NCBI GenBank assembly: GCA_937625935.1
Contig: OW569388.1
Span: 310,001 to 374,000, forward strand
Source of the DNA: Tetramitus jugosus
Lineage: Eukaryota > Protista > Heterolobosea
Reading direction: 5' to 3'
DNA: 64,000 bases
Shown here: in pieces, positions 24,198-35,759 of the stretch
Numbering within the stretch: the first letter of the stretch is position 1
How the letters are laid out: the number at the start of each line of letters is the position of its first letter
Made by a program: the position numbers and the translations under genes
Notes under the pieces: generated by a model
Seen by the model: only the letters and a program-made list of their open reading frames with translations
What the model was told of the DNA's origin: nothing
The model's database searches: none

Positions 24198-24881
24198 GCA
24201 AGAGAATGATCATAAATTGTAAATTATTTTGACAACGTGATAGTCATGGTTGTTTTATTTTGTTATGTGCTCAGTGTTAAGGCTTGGAGCGACATTCAAT
24301 ACTCCCTCATCCCTGCAGGGCTTTTTTTTCAAGAGACCGTTTCAAGTTGGCCTGTCCGACATCCTCCTTCAAATAGTTAGACACATTTTAAAGATGGGCA
24401 TTCTCTTCAATGAATTAATTGTTGAAGAAGTGGAGATAATCTGGGATACAAGAGTTTTGGTACTCTGAACAACCGATTAGAATTTGTCGAAGCACACTTG
24501 TTCAGAGTGATTCAGAGTATTACTTCATCAAGAAGGAACATGAATTGGTATACCATGGTCTCGGCAAACACTGTGAACTCAGTCATTTTATGTTCAGAAA
24601 CGAACTCAAAGATCATGATATTGTCCCGGAAATATCATCATGAAGGATCGTAGCGGAAGTGAAGATTGGTTTCAAGATCTTTGTTTCAAAACCTCCCATC
24701 GTTTGTTGCTTGTTATTGTTGTTTTGGAGTAGTTTCAGTCACTGCATCTTTGAATCAAGTTGTTTTCAATGATGGAAACTCAGAACAGTTAACTGTTCTC
24801 CTTCAGAAAAAATTCACTGCTCATTACAGTCCGTAATGTAGACCAGCCATTCAAAATCCCAAAATAATGCATGATGTAACA

Positions 24882-27599
24882 CTACGACTTGCTCTTGAAC
24901 AAGAAAGAAAATACATCTGGTTCCTTTTCTTCTTGACTCTCGCTAACGAAGACGTTGCAAGTGGGACTGACATCATCAATCAATGATCTCAGTTTTGTGT
25001 TCGTAGCAGCAGTGTGTGGTAGTGGTGTCTCCCAAACTTGTGCACTCTGTAGGTTCTGTTCTGAAACAGCATGAACCGTCGGTAAAACGTTAGATGTTTC
25101 CGTCACTTTGTCAGTCTTGGTGTGCGTGTTATTATCAATCATAGTATCAATAGTGTTCGTGTTAATCTCGTCGTTCTGGCTAGATGGAGTGTCTATTCCA
25201 TTTAACGACAATTCCATTCCCAACAATGCTTGAGTAGAAAGTGTTTCTTCGTACTCTACTTGTTCTGTAGCACTAGTCGACGTTGGCGGTAATACTGAGC
25301 TATTCCTTTGTCGTTTTGGTTGGCTCTGTTGTGGTATTTCACTTGCTTGTGTCATTTCTGTGGAATCCAATGAACGCTTCCGTTTTCTGAATTGATTTTC
25401 AGTCTGAAACTCTTTCATTTCATCCTGTGTATTGTACATTGTTTCAGGCTCAGGAGAGTCCATTGTTGGTATGTGCACAATCGAGGCAATCTGCTGTTGT
25501 TCTTGCTTTAGCGGTTCCTCCACTGTATTCACATTGGATACAGCAGAGCAAACAGTAGTATTGTTGCTGCTTCCTAGATTAGTCAATGATGCTTGTGTCG
25601 TTGTGTTACTATGATGATGACTGGGCACCGAATTCCATTGGTGCTGCAATTTGGCCTGAGTCAATTCATAGACCTCATTCTTCCTCTTTCTTTGAGAATA
25701 GCCAAACAAGTCATTAAAATCATTGTGATTCTCCTCGTCCACAACGATTACTTCATTTGAATCAGAAGCAACACTATTGCCATTTTTCAAGTCGTGTTGT
25801 GAAGCACCTAAGTTGCCCATCAGTTCCAATGTATTTGTGACAGACAAGTCCACTTGCTTCTCTCTGTCATTCAACGAATCATTTTGTTCTTCTTCGTCCA
25901 ACCGACCCAACAACTCAGCGAGTTCCTGAGCTTCTTCTTGTTGAGTCAGAACTTCACTCACATCGTCATATCTTGCTTTTCTCTGCCTTGGTGGTGTTGC
26001 TTGTGGCCTAGAGCTGTTACCAACGATATCATCATCGTCATCGATACAGTAAATGGTTTTTGCTGACGATTCAGTCAAATCTACAATTGAAGCTAGTCCA
26101 TCATCATCTCCACCAGCACCGACGCCATTCTCTTTATCAGAGTGAATGATGCGTAGTCCAAGTCTACTTGGTTTCGTAGGATTCAACATCGGAGATAACC
26201 TCTTCTTTGCAGATGCAGTACCACCAGAAGGTGATTTACTGCTACTTGTTGTAGAGATCGCTATTGGAGTTGCAATGGTACCTGTATGGGAATGTTGCTG
26301 GTGCTGGTGATGCTTTGATCTCATTTCCATGGTGAGTCGCACTGAGCGTGGAATCTTGTTAATCAACTGGTTCATCGCCTCATGTTCATCCATCACTGTT
26401 GTGCCACGTGCTGATGTTGTCGATGGCGATGGTGGAGACAATCTTGTGCAGTATTGACCCAACAATCGTTGCACATAAGCATTATCATGCTTTGATCCAC
26501 TGTAGATGCACTTTGGTCTCAGTGCACTCACAAATGAGATCAACTCCGAGTACGAAGAATGCAGACTGTACGCAACACGGTGAATCCATGGATTTCCCTT
26601 CTTTTGTTGATTGTTGCTCGTACTCAGAGCAGACACTGACCATCCACTAGGCAATATACCAATAACAGGCAACGAAGGACACGATGTTCGCAACTGTCTC
26701 ATCTTGGCATACACTTCCTTCTTACCGACAACAATGACTCGACCTAAACGTTCATCATGAGTAAACACATGAGGTATGCCTGTTCCGGAAGATGATGCTG
26801 AAGAACTGGTAGCATCACGTATCGTATTCAACATTCTCAACCGTTCTTCATCCACAACAACAAGACTCTTTAGTTTCAACGCCACAGCAATCAACAATTC
26901 TTCCTTGCCTAACGTATCCATTCCAATGACAAACCGAGTCATCAATGCCTTACTCGCATTCATATTGTTGCCAATAGTAGCAGTAGTCGGAGGAGCATAT
27001 GGTTCCAATATTTGAAGAAGTTGATTACCAGCGATTCTTCTCGTAGGAAACTCATAGTCCGGATCCAAAAACGTATCATCCAAATACAGTGCATCCAACA
27101 CTTTATTCTCTCCACCTACTTCATTTTCACCCTCATCACCCTCATCACCCTCATCATTTTGTTCCTCATCTTGTCCATGTTGACGTGCTAACAATGGTCG
27201 AAAGCTTTTCAGTGCAGGATGATCCAAAATCAAGGGATCAAATCGAAAATCACCCGTATGCAACACACTACCAAAATACCCTTGCATCAAAAACATGCAA
27301 GCTCCAGGACAATGATTCGCATCAATCAATGTCAATTGCATACTCACTCGATTGTCATTGTCCAGTGGTATACTATGGGATTCATCTTCATCGAGAGCTA
27401 CGACACAACTTGCATCATTGACTTGAAACTTGTCCAATAGTAGAGCACGTGTAATACGAGTACAGTAAATCGTACCGTGGTTCCAACTGGGTGTCAATCC
27501 AGATGTGTGATCCGAGTGCATGTGAGTCAATAGGTAAATGTAGACACCTGGGATGTAACGAAATTCATCAATGACAATCGGTGTGTTTGGTATTCGCAT
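24882..27599 (-). CDS. SNM1/Apollo-family (DCLRE1) metallo-beta-lactamase/beta-CASP nuclease with a long disordered tail
   Basis: LTHMHSDHTSGL; DANHCPGA; LHTGDFR; LYLDDT; LGKEELL; YSLHSSYSEL. Confidence 0.9.
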   Translation of the reverse strand: MRIPNTPIVIDEFRYIPGVYIYLLTHMHSDHTSGLTPSWNHGTIYCTRITRALLLDKFQVNDASCVVALDEDESHSIPLDNDNRVSMQLTLIDANHCPGACMFLMQGYFGSVLHTGDFRFDPLILDHPALKSFRPLLARQHGQDEEQNDEGDEGDEGENEVGGENKVLDALYLDDTFLDPDYEFPTRRIAGNQLLQILEPYAPPTTATIGNNMNASKALMTRFVIGMDTLGKEELLIAVALKLKSLVVVDEERLRMLNTIRDATSSSASSSGTGIPHVFTHDERLGRVIVVGKKEVYAKMRQLRTSCPSLPVIGILPSGWSVSALSTSNNQQKKGNPWIHRVAYSLHSSYSELISFVSALRPKCIYSGSKHDNAYVQRLLGQYCTRLSPPSPSTTSARGTTVMDEHEAMNQLINKIPRSVRLTMEMRSKHHQHQQHSHTGTIATPIAISTTSSSKSPSGGTASAKKRLSPMLNPTKPSRLGLRIIHSDKENGVGAGGDDDGLASIVDLTESSAKTIYCIDDDDDIVGNSSRPQATPPRQRKARYDDVSEVLTQQEEAQELAELLGRLDEEEQNDSLNDREKQVDLSVTNTLELMGNLGASQHDLKNGNSVASDSNEVIVVDEENHNDFNDLFGYSQRKRKNEVYELTQAKLQHQWNSVPSHHHSNTTTQASLTNLGSSNNTTVCSAVSNVNTVEEPLKQEQQQIASIVHIPTMDSPEPETMYNTQDEMKEFQTENQFRKRKRSLDSTEMTQASEIPQQSQPKRQRNSSVLPPTSTSATEQVEYEETLSTQALLGMELSLNGIDTPSSQNDEINTNTIDTMIDNNTHTKTDKVTETSNVLPTVHAVSEQNLQSAQVWETPLPHTAATNTKLRSLIDDVSPTCNVFVSESQEEKEPDVFSFLFKSKS

Positions 27600-27702
27600 T
27601 ATGGTGGTGGTCCAATTGTAACGTTGTGTGAATTGTTGTGTTGGTGGAATCGAGTTCCAGAAAGGAGAGAGAAAAAAGTGGAATTTGAGATTGCCAAAAA
27701 CT

Positions 27703-27790
27703 AGGCCCCACCGGGGATTGAACCCGGGACCCCTGGCTATCTGATCGTATTAGATACGAGGCCAGTGCACTACCTCTGTGCTATAAGGCC
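27703..27790 (-). tRNA. tRNA-Thr(CGT) with a 16-nt intron at position 37/38
   Basis: Minus strand reads GGCCTTA-TA-GCAC AGAGGTA GTGC-A-CTGGC CT CGT A [TCTAATACGATCAGAT] A GCCAG-GGGTC-CCGGG TTCAATC CCCGG-TGGGGCC-T, with TTTTT just downstream. Confidence 0.93.
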
Positions 27791-27851
27791 GACTTGAATA
27801 CAATTGTTTTTACAATAAATTAAAGGAATATTTGGAAAAAAACAAAACGCA

Positions 27852-29211
27852 ATGAAAACAAACGCAAACATTCCATCCTCTCGCGAGGTTCGAGAATATA
27901 CTCGAGATAGGTATGCGGTGTGGACCACATTGAAAAATGGCAGTGGAATTAATAAAAAGGAAGCAGTCATCAAAGGCAGGGAGTGCAACAGGACAGGCCC
28001 AGCAATTGCTCGATCGATTGGAATGAATTACTCTGAATGGGTGACCAGAGTGCAAGTGATCAAATGGAATAAAGGTCACTTCATTGCATGGGTAAATGTC
28101 AAAGGAGACAAAATATATGAGTTTGTGGATGAATTCAACAAGACTGGAAAGATTTCACACACTGTGGCTTCAATCAAGAGAGGAATGGACTCTGAGAAGA
28201 AACTGGTGGTACACAAGATCGAGGGTAAGACAAAGCTTGAGATAGCCAAAATGATTGGCGAAGACAAGGTGCAACATGTGGATGTAAAGGGCAAAACAGC
28301 CTTTGTCACTATGATGACTCAGACATATGCACAGACAGTGATTGGGAATAAACAGCTGAACTCGGATATCTCACCATATATTAACAAGGAACTAGATCCG
28401 CACAAGGTCATGGCGAAGAGACTCCAGAGGACAAAGGAAGGAATGAGCAAGCAGATAGAAAGTCTTGATCAAGAGAGTCAATAAATTGGAGCAACTGGTT
28501 GCAGAAGGTAGAGGATATCGCAAAGGAAAGAATACTGTAAATACAAAGTCAAGTCAGGTGACGACTAGTATTGAACAGCTTGCTGTTGGGCAGTCTCCAC
28601 AAACAGGTCACACGGAGGATGGATCTATGGACAGAATGATAGGTGAGCAATTGGATAATCAGGAAAGAATGCAGGATGAAGGGGACATTGTCCCTTTCGA
28701 GTCCACAGTTGAAGCAACAAATACCGAAGCACCATCAGAAACACAGTTCGATAGTTCCGAGGAACAGGAGCAACCAGTGAGGATTGAAGAGATGGAAGAT
28801 TCAAATGACAACTGGGAATCAGTATTGTATGAAGAAACCCCCACAACAGTACTAAATGCATGTATTCCCATAACTGCTACCACCAATTCTAGTGAAGGAA
28901 CTACAATTGGAAGTAACTTGCTACAAAGTGAGGAGGAGAAGAAAGAGAGGAGAAGGGAGTGGAGAAGAAGAAGACTCGAGCGCCAATCGAGCATTGAACA
29001 ATTTCTGACTATGGAACGTCCACCAGTTACAATAGAGGAGCATACCCCAATTAAGGAGAGTGGTAAAAGGGGTGCACACCATCCTCTCACCGAAAAGACA
29101 AAGAAGAAACCCATGCTGTTCACACCAGACAAATCAACAGATCGGAATGACGTCAACCAAACGATGGTTGATGAGTCCCCAGAGTCAGTTCAAGAGCAAC
29201 AACCATGTTGA
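27852..29211 (+). CDS. Element 1 ORF1 (two RRM-like repeats, coiled coil, acidic tail); +1 frameshift near 28463
   Basis: ORFs 27852-28484 and 28465-29211 overlap in the +1 frame; RRM-like KKLVVH...TAFVTM; stop codon overlaps the ORF2 ATG. Confidence 0.75.
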
Positions 29212-32200
29212 ATGTTGTATGGTACAACATCAACGGCATCAAAGGAAAAGTCACAGATGTCGTTGCTATGATGGAGGCGGAGGAGATAGATATACTCATG
29301 CTGCAAGAGGCCACGGGAATTGACGATGGGTGGTACAAGAAGATAAGCCGAATGCTCAGTAGAATCAAGTGTGTGTTGATTTGTGACTCACCCAATGTTC
29401 AACTGGCAATCATAGTGCGGACAACAAGAGTGCCAACATATGGACTACTACACAGTGAGGAACGTCTCCAAGTGATCAGAGTAGTAGTTGATAATACTGT
29501 GGTAACACTCGCCAACCACTACGGACCGCACGAAAAAGACTCGGAGCACTACGAAAGAATCAAGGATACGATTAGTGGTTTCGCTGTTGAAGGGAAGTTC
29601 TTGATCGGAGGTGATCACAATGCAGTAGCCAAGGCGGAAGACAGAACAGCAAGAAGAGTTGACTGTAACACCGCGCTACTAGTAGCGTCGATGTCACAAA
29701 ATAACCTAATGGATGTAAACGATGCATTAGGCGTTGAAAGATATCACACATTCTATAGAAAGGGAACATCGTCTCGCATAGATAGTGTGTGGTGTAACAG
29801 AGCGGCGCTGGATATAGTGAGTGAAGTGAAGATGTTCACTAGGAATGGGGTAAACAGTGACCATGTTCCCACCCTCCTGTCATTGAGATGCGAACCGCAG
29901 GTCGCTACTGTTGACGAAAGGGTGTCATATATGTTCCCGAAGAACAAAAAGGAACAGAGGTGGATACTATACGGCCAAAGTGTAGTGAATGAGTTGGAGA
30001 GTCGCAATGTCGAGAACATAAAAGATGTGGACAGGCAATGCGATGCGATTACAACCACACTACTGAAGCACGCACAGTCGTTCCGCAAAACTGACAGTTC
30101 TAAAATTTGGAGGCACAACAGAGCAGTTCGTAGGCTTCTACAACGTAGGGCCATACTAATGAAATTTTTGGAAGAGCATGTGTGGAGTTCGAAGCTTGAA
30201 GCGCTGTGCATGAATTGTGAAGGTGGTGCATCTAGATCGGACAAAGTGTTGGAAACTCTCTGTCAAGTTAACAAAGTTCTACACCATACCAGAGCCATGA
30301 ATGCTGGGAAAAAGTTTCGGAAGTGGGAATGGGTGGCAAGAACTGCGGAATTCAGCGACCCTTCCAAGTTCTTCTCGGCGGCCTCAGCTAAAAAGAGTTG
30401 CAGAATCAGATTGGCAAGAGTCACTAAGGAGGGAATGGAACATACTGACCCAGTCACTGTAGGAGAGGTGGCTGCCAAGTATTTCGAACAAGCTTTCAAA
30501 AGAGAGGAGGCTGACATGGGGTTCCTGAGGAATTTGGAATATCATGGTGACAAAAGAAAGATGCGGGAAGCATTCGTCCCATTTGTGACGGAGGAAGTGG
30601 TAACTGCAGTAAAATGGCTGCGAAACAGGAAATGTCCAGGAGCAGATGGACTGCACAATGAAATGTTCAAACTGCCTCGGACTAAGAAAAGAGACTACAA
30701 TTTTGCGTTGGCCGAAATCCTGTGTGGGTTCTTCAACAATGTGACTTCCAGTGGGTGCTTCCCTAAGGCGTGGAAAGAGTGTATCATCATCCGTGCCTAC
30801 AAGAAAGGGGATGTGACCAACCCGGAGAATTACCGGCCGATTTGTCTGCTGAGTTCATTGTCCAAACTGTATACCAAGCTGCTTAATATGAGAGTTTCTA
30901 AAGCCGCAGAGGTAAGTGGAGTGTTCACCAACGTGCAAGGTGGAGGGAGGAAATTCCGTGATATTAGAGAGAAACTCTCGATTATCAGAGGGGTGATTGA
31001 CTCGGCCAACCGGCATGACAAACAACTGTATCTGTTGTTAACCGACATCTCTAAAGCCTTCGATTCGGTGCCACATAATGCAATCGAAGCGGTGTATAGG
31101 TTCTTTGGTTTCCCGGAAGGAATTGTAAGACTTGTGAGTGGAATGGTTAGAGACAATTTTGCGCGAGTGCTCACGTCATCCTTGTCACGGAGGTTCCACA
31201 TAGGTAAGGGAACGAGACAGGGTGATTCCCTCTCACCAACAACATATGTGCTGGTACATCAAACAGTGCTGATGTATGTTAACAAAAGAATGGATGGATA
31301 CAGGGCTATGTCACAAAGGCTGTGGAATGCTGCATATGTAGATGACTGCAACTTGTTCGCTGAGTCCAGAGCAGACATAGAAAGAGCTACAGAAGCGATG
31401 TCCTCAGTTCTCGGATCACTTAGGATGACCATGCATCCTGACAAGCTGGAACTGTATGTGAGAAAGTCGGAAGACGACAATTGTCATGACATAGCGGTGA
31501 ATGATAATTTGGTAAAAGCGCGAAATCGGAGAGAAGTGTTCAGAGCTCTAGGTCTGTTCACCAATCTTCAGGGTGATACTAAGAAGCAGCGTGAGCAAGC
31601 TTGGCAGAAGGCTCAAAGGGTGGTTGTCAGGCTGAAGTTGATGAAACTGACATCTAGACAAGTGAGCAGAGTTGTCAACACTTGCATTCACCCGATATTC
31701 ACATATGCCTCTGAGTTCACAGACTGGTCAGCAGAATGGTTTGATAAAGTAAATTTGCTGGGCAGAAGTCTAGTGAGGCATGGATCTACTGCTATGCCGC
31801 GATTTCCAGTGGATCTTCTCTCAGTAGGAGACGAAAAGGGGTTGATGGGCTTGAGGGACATCGAGGAGACCATCGCGACCCGTACTTCGTGGTTCGTGTA
31901 CTCGATGATAATTGAGGGACACCGAGGCTAGACAACTGTTTCTTGGCACGCTTGAGGAAATCAAGCAAACACAAACATTCCAAAATGAGAATGTATTCCA
32001 GTCAAGAAACAGGCTTGAATTTGTCAAGCACTCCTTCCTCAAGTGGTGTGCATGCAGAATGCACAAACATGAAATACGTGTCACCAAAACTAATCCCTAC
32101 TGTGATAGTTGTTGGTTGGCCAGGTATGTACCAAGTGCAATTCTCAAGAAGCTCTACAAGGCAGGTATCACAAGCCGTGAGCAACTAATGGTGGACGATC

Positions 32201-33021
32201 ACCCACTGTGTCTGAAGGAATTTAAGCATATTTTTCCCTCCTGCAAGGTCGGAGCAATGTCGTTTGAGGTGCTGAAAGTGTTAATATCCCAAATGAGTGG
32301 GTGTGGATGCGAAGGGAAGAGGTCTATCGAAGGTGCAGAACCGGACTTGTACAAAGGAAATCTGCATGTGGAAAGTAGATCGCATCTACAGTCGCTGTTT
32401 GATCAAGAAAGAAGTGCAAGAATTGGTGAAGACGAGCGATGTTGGCTACAGAGGGCAGCAAATAACAGTGGTGCAGATTTTAGCTTCCTCAAATACCCCC
32501 ATGGTATAGACAGGAAGCTGGAATGGTTTCATGCACAGGTACGCAGTGGAACACTCCACACAGCAGAAGTTGTACGGTATCTATACAACACTGGTGAGGA
32601 ACAGATCATGTGCAGCTGGTGTCAGAGTGAGCCCGAAAGTGTGCTACATTGTTTGATCAGGTGTCCAAGGGCCATTATGATTAGAAGGCAATTGGCTGTG
32701 AAAGTGGGGCATGAGCTCAAGAGTATGGGAATCCCGGACTCTGCCTACGCCGATGTTTGGTTTGATGAGGTGCGACTGAAGGAAGGAAAGGTTGTGAGGC
32801 AACCAATCAAAAAGTCTAGCCGTGAACTGCTGCAAGGAATGATGGGCATAGAAACGGACGCCATCATGGAGGTCGCTGAGGGTCTTATGTCTGGAGGAAT
32901 GAAGAAGCCATTGGCACAGAAGAAAGCCAAAACTTATGTGAATAGTGTCAAGAGGAGATGTCTTAAGACGCTCCACCACCTGTTCACTACGACGAAGGAT
33001 AAATGTAATCAACGGCAATGA
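29205..33021 (+). CDS. Element 1 ORF2: AP endonuclease, reverse transcriptase and C-terminal CCHC; +1 frameshift near 31915
   Basis: APE motifs YNINGI, LQE, GGDHN, SRID, SDH; RT motifs PGADG, YRPICL, DISKAFDSV, GTRQGDSLSP, YVDD; CSWC...ESVLHCLIRC in the second frame. Confidence 0.92.
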
Positions 33022-33169
33022 CGCTCTCCGAGAATCATTGCCTACCAACTGGTAACTAACCAGGGCCTACGCTCTTCGAGCGTAGGCAAGTGAATAAGCA
33101 AGACAATAAAAAGAGCAACCGAAATGGTTGTATTTAAAAAAAAAAAAAAAAATTTGGAAAAAAACAACG

Positions 33170-34081
33170 ATGAAAAAACGAACACACACCCCTGTTGTTC
33201 GCGAGTATGAGAATCCACGCTATGCTGTGTGGACCACAGCACCAAGAGGAACTGCTCCAAGCAAGGAGGTCATCATCACTGGAAAGTGTGATGACTCTCC
33301 CAAGGCTGCCTTGGCCAAGAAGATTGGCTTGGATTTTGGTGATTTGCTCACCAGGGTCCAAGTCATCAAGAAGGGCCCCAAGAGGTTTGTTGCGTGGGTA
33401 ACTGTTGTTGATGACAACATTTACCCATTTGTTGAATCCTTCAACCGCAACAAGAAGATGAGTGGCTGCAAGGCAGCACTCAAGCACAACGTAGATGGTG
33501 CCAAGAAGGTCGTCCTCCACGGAGTTAAAGGTAAGACTGAGGACGACATAAAGGCCATGCTTGGCACAACAAAGGTCAAGAACGTGCTCAAGAAGCACGA
33601 CACCGCCTTTGTTGTGATGGAGTCCGAAACGTATGCCGAAGCTTTGCTTCGGAACGTTCAATCCATGCCAGTGGAGGTGGAAGCAAAACGCTTCCTTCCA
33701 CGCCCACGTGATCCGGTCAAGGCTGTCAGCAAGAGGCTGACCAAGATGTACCAAGAGCTCCTGGTTGTGGTGGACGACCTGATCCTCGAGCTAGTATTGA
33801 ACACCTCCGAGGTGTTCAAGAAAGTCAAGAAAGAGATTGCTGCCCGAGCAATCATGGTGGACCGTGCAAGAAGCACAACCACCGAAGAAGATCCAGTTGA
33901 GTTGGATCTCAGTAACTCTGACTGTGAGTTACAGAGTCCCCAACTCAACGAACACAAGAAGCGATCAGCACGTGTCACCGTTGGTGACACTGCTGCCAAC
34001 AAGATCCCGGCCAGGTTGGCCAGTATCAAGTCAGCTACAATTGAGAGCAGGCAAGCCTGCTCTCACGCAAAAGAAAAATAA
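33170..34081 (+). CDS. Element 2 ORF1, a diverged homologue of element 1 ORF1
   Basis: Shared blocks VREY..RYAVWTT, TRVQVIK...F.AWV.V..D.IY.FV..FN, KK.V.H...GKT, TAFV.M...TYA, DP.K...KRL. Confidence 0.85.
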   Translation: MKKRTHTPVVREYENPRYAVWTTAPRGTAPSKEVIITGKCDDSPKAALAKKIGLDFGDLLTRVQVIKKGPKRFVAWVTVVDDNIYPFVESFNRNKKMSGCKAALKHNVDGAKKVVLHGVKGKTEDDIKAMLGTTKVKNVLKKHDTAFVVMESETYAEALLRNVQSMPVEVEAKRFLPRPRDPVKAVSKRLTKMYQELLVVVDDLILELVLNTSEVFKKVKKEIAARAIMVDRARSTTTEEDPVELDLSNSDCELQSPQLNEHKKRSARVTVGDTAANKIPARLASIKSATIESRQACSHAKEK

Positions 34082-34294
34082 AAGTTCCGCAACGTGGTGC
34101 GTGAGCACCACCCGAGTAAAAATTTGTCCACCAACATTTGGAAGTTGACACGATAGATGAACCGTCGACTTTTTTTTTCTCCCGTGTCGTTCTCACTTAC
34201 GATTCGACTTTTAAAAGTTGGCACGTCAAATACAAAAAAAAAATGGGTCCAAAAAGAAAAACAAAAAGAAATTGTTTTACCTTGTCATAATCTT

Positions 34295-35636
34295 TTATTG
34301 ATGACGAGCAATTTTGGCAGGAGGTTCCACTTCGTCGTCGTCTACATTATCTTCGATAACCTCCTCACTTGAACCTTTCTTCTCAAGGCGCTCCTTGTGA
34401 AAGTCTGCCAATGTCTTACCCAAAGCTTTCGTGATGGAAGCATCATTCGCACCAATGAAGAAGTTGAATGACTTTCGGACACAAGCGCAAATGTTGTTTA
34501 CCAATTGACGATCCAATCTAATCCTATCTGTGCCTGTATATCCAGGACGACTGTAAGACACGTTTACCAAATCCAACTGGCAATCGGAGGCGACAATTTC
34601 CAAGAAGGCCTTGAGAACCACATTCGGTTGGGAAAGACTCAACTTGTGGTGTTGCTCGGGAGTTGTTTTGTAAAACTTGTTGTTGAACTTGAACCCAGTT
34701 TCAAAGTTCAGTGACTGGCACTTTTTTTCCCTGAGTCACTTCAGCCATCTTTTCTATCACTGTCTTTTGGGTCTTCATGAACCATGCTTCAAAGACCTTC
34801 AAGTTCTCCAGTCTCTCCAGAGCTTCAACCAATCTTCTTTGTGCATCCTTGCCTCGTTCAAATTCTTCCACCGGTACCGTGACAAACCCACTATCTTGTG
34901 TAGGAGGCACCTGATCTGATTGACGCAATTGAGGTTCTTGCGTTTGAGTAAGAACCACTGGTGGAGGAGCGATGGTTTGGGAGCTCCCTCTGACATCGAA
35001 GAATTCATCCACATGCTTAAAGCGCTCCCTATCCTCATTAGAACTACTCTTGGTGAATTCATCTTGGTCTACAATGAGAACTTTATCCCAACCGACGACA
35101 GAACCAACGCATACCGGCTCTGTCTCCTCTGGAAGATAAAAATCTGAGGCGAACTGAGCATTAATGAAAATGATGGAGACAGTCACTTTGTCCTCCTGAG
35201 TGCTGGGGATGTCACCGCAGATATTTGCACTTCCAAAATGCGCTCCATCTGCGCACAGCAGCTCGACACGACTACCGTCTTGCAAGAGTGATGGCTTGAA
35301 TTTTGTCAGGTTAGTAGTACCTGATGAGGAAGTTGCCCCTTTCTTTGTGTTGGCAGATGGTTCGACAGGTAGTTGTCTTACAAAAGGTAGACACTCTACC
35401 TTGTACTCCTTGAGTTTCTTGGCCAAATCGTCATACGAGAGTCCAGTAAACTTTTTTTCATTCTTGTTTTTTTGTATTACTTTGTCCTTTGAGGACAGCC
35501 ATACATACAGCAGTTGTTTTTTGGACAGTTTGCTGTAGTTGTTGTTGGAGTCCTGTGACAAGAAGGTGATGAGAGCTAAACGATCTGCGGACGAAAACTT
35601 CTCCACATGAAGAGTTTTGTATGTTCTAGTGCTCAT
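34295..35636 (-). pseudogene. Transposon accessory gene: coiled coil plus C-terminal BEN-like domain; +1 frameshift near the A7 run (34722-34728)
   Basis: ORFs 34701-35636 and 34295-34642 join if one base is removed; VLKAFLEIV...LVNVSYS.PG....RLDRQLVNNI..CV...F...I.K.LG..L.D fits a BEN pattern. Confidence 0.55.
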
Positions 35637-35759
35637 GTTTGTTCAATTTAAGTGTGTTTCGTCTTCAAGACAAAGCTCCGACTTCAGCCGCTCGTGGATA
35701 CAATAAATCACAATTCTCAAAGTTTCTCACTCAAAAAACCTACAAGCACGTCCATTTAT

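Larger units (their letters stand above)
27846..33152 (+). mobile_element. Full-length L1-clade non-LTR retrotransposon (element 1), tRNA-proximal
   Basis: ORF1 plus APE-RT-CCHC ORF2; 3' end GGTTGTATTT(A)17; flanked by TSD ATTTGGAAAAAAACAA (27830-27845 / 33152-33167). Confidence 0.93.

Noticed and set aside
24250-24860. Possible decayed gene between the thiolase and SNM1 genes
   Set aside because: No sustained frame or recognisable motif.
27830-27845. ATTTGGAAAAAAACAA as a conserved 5' terminus shared by elements 1 and 2
   Set aside because: The match is exact for 16 bp and then stops abruptly while the elements are otherwise highly diverged; it also overlaps element 2's own TSD. A TSD explains it better.
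33128-33169. Poly-Lys N-terminus of the 317-aa ORF
   Set aside because: It is the translation of element 1's poly(A) tail and TSD.
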